The position numbers were made by a program, and so were the translations under genes. This document shows positions 56,452-64,000 of a stretch of 64,000 nucleotides of DNA, piece by piece. The DNA lies in NCBI GenBank assembly GCA_963717525.1, contig OY970343.1:896001-960000 (forward strand), in the 5' to 3' direction. The stretch comes from an uncultured Methanoregulaceae archaeon. Its GTDB lineage: Archaea; Halobacteriota; Methanomicrobia; Methanomicrobiales; Methanospirillaceae. How positions within the stretch are numbered: position 1 is the first letter of the stretch; the number at the start of each line of letters is the position of its first letter. The notes under the pieces were generated by a model. It was given only the letters and a program-made list of their open reading frames with translations, was not told where the DNA came from and searched no databases.

Positions 56452-58209
56452 ATGCAGATCGCGGACTGGATCCAGGTGATCCTCTTCATTGTCATCGTCG
56501 CACTCATTTCAATACCCCTCGGTGCATGGATGGCAAAGATCTTTACCGGTAAGCCAAACTTCCTCTCCCCGGTCATCGGCTGGTTCGAGACAAAAGTCCT
56601 CACCGCATGCGGCGTTGCCACCGGAGAGGAGATGGACTGGAAGCAGTTTGCTGTCGCCCTCATGGTCTTTGCGGTTCCCTGTATCGGCGCTGTTTTCATC
56701 CTTCAGGAAGTCCAGCAGTTCCTGCCCCTCAACCCGGCAGGACTTGGGGCTGTTCCGTGGGATCTCTCGCTCAACACTGCGATCAGTTTTGCGACCAACA
56801 CCAACTGGCAGGCATACGTGCCGGAAGTAACGGTCAGCTACTTCACGCAGATGGCCGGCCTTGTCGTTGAAAACTTCATTTCGGCGGCAGTCGGGCTGGC
56901 AGTCCTTATCGCGCTCATCTACGCGTTCTCGCGGAGATCGGCCACGACTATAGGAAACTTCTGGGTGCTCCTGGTGCGCAGCGTCATGATCCTCATACCC
57001 ATCGCCCTGGTAATCTCCCTTGTGCTCGTCTCGCAGGGAACGCCCCAGACATTCTCCGGGCCTGCCACAGTGCCTCTCCTTGATCCGGTAAAGGACAGCA
57101 CTGGTGCGCTGGTTACCACCCAGACCATTCCGCTGGGGCCGGTCGCCTCTCAGGTCGCGATCAAGATGCTGGGGACGAATGGCGGCGGGTACTATAATGC
57201 CAATTCTGCGCACCCACTGGAAAATCCCACCCCGTTTTCAAACATTATAGAGATGCTTGCGATGATCATTATCCCCGCCGCGCTCTGTCTCACGTTCGGA
57301 ACAATGATAGGATCGAGGCGCAAAGGCGTCGCACTTATCCTCGCCATGACCCTGATCTTCCTGCCGCTCCTTGGCTTTGCCATCTGGTCTGAGCAGGGCG
57401 GGAACCCGGTACTTACTCCGCTCGGGATCGACCAGACCCCCTCCGCGCTCCAGTCCGGCGGGAACATGGAAGGAAAAGAGGTGAGGTTCGGGATCGTTCC
57501 CTCCGTCCTCTTTGCCGTGGTCACCACCAGTACCTCCTGCGGCGCCGTCAATTCGATGCATGACTCGTTCATGCCCGTTGCCGGTGGGATCGTGCTCTTT
57601 GACATACACCTGGGTGAGGTGGTCTTCGGCGGCGTCGGGTCCGGCCTCTATGGTATGCTCGTCTTTGTCATTATCGCGATGTTCATTGCCGGCCTGATGG
57701 TGGGCAGAACGCCGGAGCTCTACGGCAAGAAGATCGAACAGTACGAGATGAAGATGGCGACAATCATCATCCTCATCCCGATCGTCATGATCCTCGCCTT
57801 CACATCCCTTGCCGTCCTCACGACTGCCGGCCAGGCCGGCGTCGCAAACCCCGGGCCGCACGGTTTTACCGAGATCCTGTACGCGTTTACCTCGGCCTCG
57901 CAGAACAATGGCAGCGCCTTTGCCGGGCTGAATGCAGGCAGCCTTTTTTACACTATCACCACCTCTATCGCGATGTTTATCGGGCGCTACGTGATCATTA
58001 TCCTGACCCTTGCACTCGCAGGATCGCTTGTCACAAAAAAGATCGTCCCCCCCAGCGAAGGGACGCTCTCGGACCACCGGCCGCTCTTTATTTTGTGGCT
58101 GGTCTTTGTAATCCTCATTGTCGGCGCGCTCAGTTTCCTGCCAGCGCTCTCGCTTGGTCCCATCGCGGAGTACATGGGGATGGTCGCAGGAGGACTGATC
58201 CATGTCTGA
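56452..58209 (+). CDS. kdpA: K+-transporting ATPase subunit A
   Basis: TNTNWQAY, LGTNGGG, NSAHPLENP, SCGAVN, GRTPE, NNGSAFAGL. Confidence 0.96.
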   Translation: MQIADWIQVILFIVIVALISIPLGAWMAKIFTGKPNFLSPVIGWFETKVLTACGVATGEEMDWKQFAVALMVFAVPCIGAVFILQEVQQFLPLNPAGLGAVPWDLSLNTAISFATNTNWQAYVPEVTVSYFTQMAGLVVENFISAAVGLAVLIALIYAFSRRSATTIGNFWVLLVRSVMILIPIALVISLVLVSQGTPQTFSGPATVPLLDPVKDSTGALVTTQTIPLGPVASQVAIKMLGTNGGGYYNANSAHPLENPTPFSNIIEMLAMIIIPAALCLTFGTMIGSRRKGVALILAMTLIFLPLLGFAIWSEQGGNPVLTPLGIDQTPSALQSGGNMEGKEVRFGIVPSVLFAVVTTSTSCGAVNSMHDSFMPVAGGIVLFDIHLGEVVFGGVGSGLYGMLVFVIIAMFIAGLMVGRTPELYGKKIEQYEMKMATIIILIPIVMILAFTSLAVLTTAGQAGVANPGPHGFTEILYAFTSASQNNGSAFAGLNAGSLFYTITTSIAMFIGRYVIIILTLALAGSLVTKKIVPPSEGTLSDHRPLFILWLVFVILIVGALSFLPALSLGPIAEYMGMVAGGLIHV

Positions 58210-60301
58210 TATGAAGAAGGCCCGGAACCCGGGTGCAGTCCCGGGCCTCTACCAGCGTGCGGTCGTGGATGCAATCTTCAAGCTCGACCCGAGAACGCTC
58301 ATTCATAACCCGGTGATGTTTACTGTCGAGGTCGGCAGTGCGATCACGACCGTGCTGTACGTCCAGGCGCTTTTTGGGGCCGGGGAGGCACCGGCCGGGT
58401 TTATCGGTGCGATCTCCGCGTGGCTCTGGTTCACCGTGCTCTTTGCAAACTTTGCCGAGGCTCTCGCGGAAGGGAGAGGCAAAGCGCAGGCCGAGTCCCT
58501 CCGGAAGATGCGGCAGGACACAACGGCGAAACGGCTGGGAGACCGGTACCAAATCACCAAAGGGAGCGAACCGCAGGATGCCGATTTCAAACTGGTCTCC
58601 TCTTCGGAGTTGAAAAAATCCGACCTCTTCTATGTCAAAGCCGGGGACACCATCCCGGTGGACGGCGAGATCCTTGAAGGCATCGCTTCAGTGAACGAGA
58701 GCGCGATCACCGGGGAGAGCGCACCTGTTATCCGTGAATCCGGGGGGACCGTAGTGCCGTCACCGGCGGGACGGTCATCCTCTCCGACTGGCTGATCGTC
58801 CGCGTAAGCGCAAATCCCGGCGAAGGTTTCCTCGATCATATGATCAGCCTCATCGAGGGAGCAAAGCGCCAGAAGACGCCCAACGAGATCGCGCTCAACA
58901 TCCTGCTTCTCGGCCTGACAACAATCTTTATTATAGTCGCCGCAGCCCTCTACGCATTCTCCGCATACAGTGTCCAGGCCACGGGTGCCGGGACCACGAT
59001 CACCGTCACCGTACTCGTGGCGCTCTTTGTCTGTCTTGCTCCGACCACCATCGGCGGGCTGCTCTCTGCCATCGGTATCGCAGGCATGGACCGGCTGATC
59101 CAGAGAAACGTGATCACGACCTCGGGCAGGGCCATCGAGGCGGCAGGGGATGTTGATGTCCTCCTGCTCGATAAGACCGGTACTATTACCCTTGGGAACC
59201 GGCAGGCGGTCGAGTTTATCCCGGTGGATGGGACATCCATCGAGGATCTTGCCGGGGTCGCTCAGACTGGCATCGCTCGCCGACGAAACCCCAGAGGGGC
59301 GCAGCATAGTGATCCTCGCAAAGGAGAAGTACGACCTCCGGGGCAGGACGGTCGGGGCCTCGGGGCCCGATGCCGGTATGCAGTTTGTTCCCTTCTCCAG
59401 CCAGACCCGTATGAGCGGTGTCGATCATGGCGACCTCCACATCCGGAAAGGTGCAGCAGACGCAATGTTCAGGTACATCGAATCCAGTGGAAATGCCATA
59501 TCGGATCAGCTCAAAGAAGCGGTCGACACCATATCGCGGGCGGGAGGAACGCCGCTTGTCGTTGCGCAGAACGGGAAGGCACAAGGTGTCATCCACTTAA
59601 AGGATATCGTCAAGGGTGGGATCAAGGAGCGATTTGTCCAGCTCCGTAAGATGGGTATCAAGACCGTCATGATCACCGGGGATAACCGGCTTACGGCCGC
59701 GACGATCGCGGCAGAGGCCGGTGTCGATGACTTCCTTGCCGAGGCAACACCCGAGAGCAAGCTGAAACTGATCCGGGAGTACCAGGCCGGGGGGCGGATG
59801 GTGGCGATGACCGGGGACGGGACAAACGATGCGCCGGCGCTTGCGCAGGCCGATGTGGCGGTCGCCATGAATACCGGCACCCAGCCGGCACGCGAGGCGG
59901 CAAACATGATCGATCTCGACTCCAACCCGACCAAGCTCATCGAGATCGTGGAGATCGGAAAACAGCTCCTCATGACCCGGGGAGCGCTCACCACCTTCTC
60001 CATCGCAAACGATATCGCCAAGTACTTTGCCATCATCCCGGTTGCGTTTGCCTCAACCTACCCCTCGCTCTCCGCGCTCAACATCCTCGGCCTCCACGAC
60101 GGTATCCTCTCCGCTGTGATCTTCAATGCCATCATCATTGTAATCCTCATCCCGCTTGCCCTGCGAGGGGTTAAGTACCATGCGATGTCGGCAGAGGAGG
60201 CACTGCGCAACAACATCCTGATCTATGGGGTCGGTGGGATCATCGCCCCCTTTATCGGGATAAAGATCATTGATATGCTGCTGGTTTTTTTAGGAGCGTG
60301 A
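58202..60301 (+). CDS. kdpB: K+-transporting P-type ATPase subunit B; apparent frameshifts ~58745, ~59262
   Basis: NPVMF, TGES, PTTIGG, DKTGT phosphorylation site, TGDN, GDGTND. Confidence 0.95.
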
Positions 60302-60310
60302 ACCTGACCC

Positions 60311-62287
60311 ATGCCAACACCCGCTGAATGTCGCCAGGATCAACGTCCTGACCCTGATACCATTCTTGCCTGCGTCCAGAAAGAAGAGCTCCAGAAGAAG
60401 CGGGGCAAGCTCAAGATCTTCCTCGGGTATATTGCCGGTGTGGGAAAAACTTACGAGATGCTCAAGGCCGCGCACCTGCGAAAGGACGAGGGAATCGATG
60501 TAAGGATAGGGTACATCGAACCCCACGGGAGGCACGAGACCGAGGTGCTCATGGAAGGCCTTCCTGTCATCCCCCTCCGCACCAACGAGTATCATGGCGT
60601 TAAACTGACCGAGATGGACCTCGATGCAATCCTTACGGCCCACCCGCAGCTGGTCCTTGTGGACGAGCTGGCCCACACCAATATCCCCGGTTCCCGGCAC
60701 CTGAAACGGTACCAGGATGTGGAAGAGCTGCTCGCAGCAGGGATCGATGTCTATTCCACCCTCAACGTCCAGCATATCGAGAGCCTCAACGATGTGGTGG
60801 CCCGGATCACCGGCGTTATCATCAAGGAGAAGATTCCCGACAGGGTAATAGACGAAGCAACCGAGATCGAGGTCGTAGACCTTGCACCTCCCGAGCTTCT
60901 CCAGCGCCTCCGCGAGGGGAAGGTGTATGTACCCGAAATGGCGGCCCGGGCGATCGAGCAGTTCTTCAATGAAGGGAACCTCTACGCCCTCCGTGAACTG
61001 GTATTGCGCCGTGCGGCAGAGCGTGTCGACACCCAGATGCTTGCATACATGCAGACCCGCTCGATTCCCGGCCCCTGGCCGGTGGGCGAGTACCTGCTGG
61101 TCTGCATCGGCCCCGGTCCGCTTGCAGAGCGCCTTATCCGTACGGCCCGCCGTCAGGCAGACCGGATCAATGCACACTGGTGTGCTATCTATATCGAAAC
61201 ACCTGCACATCACCGGCTCTCGCGGGAGGCAAAGGAGCAGGTCGATCGCTCGCTTCAGATGGCGGAAAAACTGGGGGCGACAACAATAAGCCTGTTCGGG
61301 CTCAATGTCGCAAACACAGTCATTGAATACGCACGGCAGCACAACGTAACCCGGATTATTATCGGGAAGACCCTGCGCCCCCGGTGGCAGGAATTTGTCT
61401 TTGGTTCGGTGGTCGACCAGCTCATCCACAACAGCGGGCCCATCGATGTGTACGTGATCAGCAGTGGAAAAGACATGCCGGAAAAACCGGCAGACGCAGA
61501 ACCCCTGCTCCCGGCATCACCACCGCGGGATTACGTGGACAGCCTGACACTGGTGGTTGCTGTCACCATCTTCGGGTGGGTTTTCCACCCCCTCATCTCC
61601 CCGGTCAACCAGCTGATGTTCTACCTGCTTGCCGTGGTCGTTATCGCGTTCAAGCGGGGCCTGCGGCCCGCTATCTTCACCTCGATCCTCGGTGTGATCG
61701 CGTTCGATTTCTTCTTCGTTCCGCCGTACCTGACCTTCCGGCTCTCCGATACACAGTACCTGGTAACTTTCGTGGTCATTCTCATTGTAGGATCCCTCAT
61801 CAGCATGCTCGTGGCCAGCGCCCGCCGGCATGCCGATGCGGCACAGATCCGGGAGAAAGAGACGGGGACTCTCTATGCACTCTCGCAGGACCTCGCCGGG
61901 GCCACGGACGCAGCTACGATCATGAATGCCGTGGGCCGGCACGTACGGGAGATCTTCCAGTGGGAGAGTGTCTTCTTCCTCCCGGAAAATGGCCTTCTGG
62001 CGGTGCATGCGCAGAGCCCGGGGCTTGTCATAGACGGGGACGACATCGCTGTTGCGACATGGACTTTCCAGCACGGAACAATTGCAGGATATGACACCGA
62101 CACCCTGCACGGGTCAAAACTCAGGTACATACCCCTCCTGAGCTCCCGGGGCGTCCTCGGGATCATGGCAGTCCAGCCGGCCGAACCAAACGGCGTCATC
62201 ACCTACGAACAGTCCCGTATCCTGACCGCGTTTGCCAACCAGGCTGCACTCGCGCTCGAACGGGTAAACCTGGCAAAATCTGCCTGA
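60311..62287 (+). CDS. kdpD: KdpD-like sensor (KdpD + USP + 4TM + GAF) lacking the histidine kinase domains
   Basis: GKLKIFLGYIAGVGKTY, DELAHTN, KRYQD, NVQHIESLND, LRELVLR, FDFFFVPP; stops after the GAF helix (ALALERVNLAKSA*). Confidence 0.9.
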   Translation: MPTPAECRQDQRPDPDTILACVQKEELQKKRGKLKIFLGYIAGVGKTYEMLKAAHLRKDEGIDVRIGYIEPHGRHETEVLMEGLPVIPLRTNEYHGVKLTEMDLDAILTAHPQLVLVDELAHTNIPGSRHLKRYQDVEELLAAGIDVYSTLNVQHIESLNDVVARITGVIIKEKIPDRVIDEATEIEVVDLAPPELLQRLREGKVYVPEMAARAIEQFFNEGNLYALRELVLRRAAERVDTQMLAYMQTRSIPGPWPVGEYLLVCIGPGPLAERLIRTARRQADRINAHWCAIYIETPAHHRLSREAKEQVDRSLQMAEKLGATTISLFGLNVANTVIEYARQHNVTRIIIGKTLRPRWQEFVFGSVVDQLIHNSGPIDVYVISSGKDMPEKPADAEPLLPASPPRDYVDSLTLVVAVTIFGWVFHPLISPVNQLMFYLLAVVVIAFKRGLRPAIFTSILGVIAFDFFFVPPYLTFRLSDTQYLVTFVVILIVGSLISMLVASARRHADAAQIREKETGTLYALSQDLAGATDAATIMNAVGRHVREIFQWESVFFLPENGLLAVHAQSPGLVIDGDDIAVATWTFQHGTIAGYDTDTLHGSKLRYIPLLSSRGVLGIMAVQPAEPNGVITYEQSRILTAFANQAALALERVNLAKSA

Positions 62288-62357
62288 GCCCGGGTGCGTC
62301 CCACCTCTAAAAAAAATCATTTTTGGCACAGTTTCCCGCGCCGGGCATCCACAACGA

Positions 62358-62576
62358 TCAGATGATCTCAGTCCGGCGCAGCCACAGTCCGATCATGATA
62401 TAAACAATAACCGCCCCAAAAATGCCGGCGAGAATCCCCAAGAGAAACAGGTAATTGCCGGTGACAACCGCTTCAAAAACCCCTATGAGTACCCGCAGGA
62501 CACCGTATACTACGAGAGCAATGCCGGCATAGAAAACGATCAGGGCGACGATGCCGGAAACAAGCAGTTCATCCAT
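62358..62576 (-). CDS. Small membrane protein
   Basis: 72 aa, two or three hydrophobic helices, 9 bp downstream of the glycosyltransferase gene. Confidence 0.6.
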   Translation of the reverse strand: MDELLVSGIVALIVFYAGIALVVYGVLRVLIGVFEAVVTGNYLFLLGILAGIFGAVIVYIMIGLWLRRTEII

Positions 62577-62585
62577 GGGTGCACC

Positions 62586-63674
62586 TCATTCGAGATATCC
62601 CGCCAGCAGCTCGTCATAGAGCCGCTTTGTATTATCCGCGGTCCCGGGCATCGCCGGGAACCCGGCGTATTTCTTTGTCCTGGCCACATCTTCTGCGAGA
62701 TCCAGCTTGTCCTGGTCTTCTGAATAGAACCAGCCTTTCTGCCGGTAGTACCACGAGAGGTACTCCTGCTCGGTCTGGCCCGGGGTCGGGATCAGGAGAG
62801 CCTGTGTTTTTCCCAGTTCTGCCAGTTCCATCAGGGTCGTGTATCCCGAACGGCAGATCACACATTTCGCCCGGTTCATCAGCTCAGCCTTTATTTCGGT
62901 TGGGACATAGGGGATACAGATCCAGTCCCCGCGCCGGGCCGGGGTTTTTGACCCTTGCGGGCTTCCGAGCAGCACGACACCGGAGCCATCGAGCTCCCCG
63001 ATCCGCGCCAGAATGATCTTTTCAAGGATACTCCGCTGCGGTTCCGGCCCGGAGATGATAATAAGATAGTCAAGGTCCTGGCTGCACGCCATCTGCCGGG
63101 TGCCGGAAAGGATCCCCGAGAAAAAAACCCGATCCCGTGCCACGTCGGTCTGGGGACGGGAGAGTTTTCCTGCAAGGGAAAGGGGCCCCGGAGAATTGTC
63201 GGGGACGATGATGCGGTCGTACTGTTCATGGAGATACCGGTTGGCCGGGATGGCGAGGAGCTCTGCCGGCCAGTACAGGAGCGGCAGGTGGTAGTGGAGC
63301 TGGTGGGAAACAAAGATTGAGGGGACACGTGACGAGAAGACACCCAGCCGGTTGTCGCTGATGACGAGGTCGTAATGATCTTTCGCGAGGATCGAATCAA
63401 GGGTCGCGTGCTCGCGGGCGACTGCCGTGAGCATGAAGGGCAGGGATGCAACGAATTTCGGGACAAACAGGTGCCCGGAACTGAACGGGACCGGGTAATC
63501 CGGGTACTCGATAAAGGGAGCGTCCGGGAATTCCTGCCTGAGTACCGAAAGGGCGTTGCCGCACGCGGCGATCGTCACCTCGTGGCCGTGATCCCGTAAG
63601 GTCCGTATCACCGGGATGTCGCGCGTGGCATGGCCAAGTCCCCAGTTCAATGGTGATACGAGCACATGCGCCAT
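62586..63674 (-). CDS. Glycosyltransferase (GT-B, family 28 C-terminal-like)
   Basis: PLNWGLGHATR, DLVISDNR, SGPEPQR, RSGYTT, PTPGQTEQ. Confidence 0.88.
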   Translation of the reverse strand: MAHVLVSPLNWGLGHATRDIPVIRTLRDHGHEVTIAACGNALSVLRQEFPDAPFIEYPDYPVPFSSGHLFVPKFVASLPFMLTAVAREHATLDSILAKDHYDLVISDNRLGVFSSRVPSIFVSHQLHYHLPLLYWPAELLAIPANRYLHEQYDRIIVPDNSPGPLSLAGKLSRPQTDVARDRVFFSGILSGTRQMACSQDLDYLIIISGPEPQRSILEKIILARIGELDGSGVVLLGSPQGSKTPARRGDWICIPYVPTEIKAELMNRAKCVICRSGYTTLMELAELGKTQALLIPTPGQTEQEYLSWYYRQKGWFYSEDQDKLDLAEDVARTKKYAGFPAMPGTADNTKRLYDELLAGYLE

Positions 63675-63788
63675 CAGATCCTTCCCTGAATTATCATTGC
63701 CCTCATAAAGTATATTGAGGTGATGTGCAGCAGGACCCGGGCAGCTCCGGAAAACCAGTTGCTCCGTTTTTTGGATCTCTCTGCCCGG

Positions 63789-64000
63789 TCAGATCGCAAG
63801 CATCCGTTCATTCTCGCGCAGCCATTGGCGGTGCTGCTCGTAGTCCGGCATGGCCTTTTTCACTTTTTCCCAGAAACGGTCCGAGTGATCCGGCTGGCGC
63901 ATGTGAACCAGTTCATGGACGATCACGTAATCTATCACCTCGGGTGGGGCAAGGACAAGACGCCAGGAAAATGAGAGGGTCCCGGTCGTACTGCATGAGG
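63789..64000 (-). CDS. 3' part of a YgjP/DUF45-like zinc metalloprotein (not in ORF track; start beyond window)
   Basis: Manual translation: SCSTTGTLSFSWRLVLAPPEVIDYVIVHELVHMRQPDHSDRFWEKV..PDY..WL* (HExxH). Confidence 0.85.
   Translation of the reverse strand, partial: SCSTTGTLSFSWRLVLAPPEVIDYVIVHELVHMRQPDHSDRFWEKVKKAMPDYEQHRQWLRENERMLAI

Overview
This is archaeal chromosomal DNA, most consistent with a Methanomicrobiales methanogen (Methanoregula-like; inferred from gene content and order, not from a marker gene). It is almost entirely protein-coding, and no rRNA, tRNA, CRISPR array or transposase was recognised. About 25-30 single-base frameshifts interrupt otherwise intact genes and are most likely long-read consensus errors, so those genes are reported as reconstructed CDS. 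Contents from left to right: (1) a giant (>2,900 aa, runs off the window) all-TPR protein; (2) an AT-richer DtxR-regulated Zn/Mn ABC importer; (3) a geranylgeranyl reductase, an orphan degenerate HepT/DUF86 protein and a META protein; (4) a STAS / RsbW-like / STAS partner-switching trio in an organism without sigma factors; (5) a ~30 kb redox/oxygen-stress neighbourhood with nitroreductase, flavin reductase, ahbD-A-B-C heme synthesis directly behind katG, a DODA dioxygenase, rhodanese, a Moco oxidoreductase, pirin, peroxiredoxin, YcaC, CDGSH, Rieske, CooS-CooC with a CxxC D-cluster, and NudC; (6) interleaved with it, a split PolB2 (Dpo2) mutagenesis cassette present as two complementary halves, each behind a near-identical ~60-bp promoter with a TCACTTTC 'UV-box'-like element, plus a SRAP/HMCES gene; (7) a REC-coiled-coil protein, modABC, and a kdpC(-A)-B cluster with a kinase-less KdpD. 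The strongest candidate for an undescribed system is the putative damage-inducible, SOS-like PolB2/SRAP module with its duplicated promoter.
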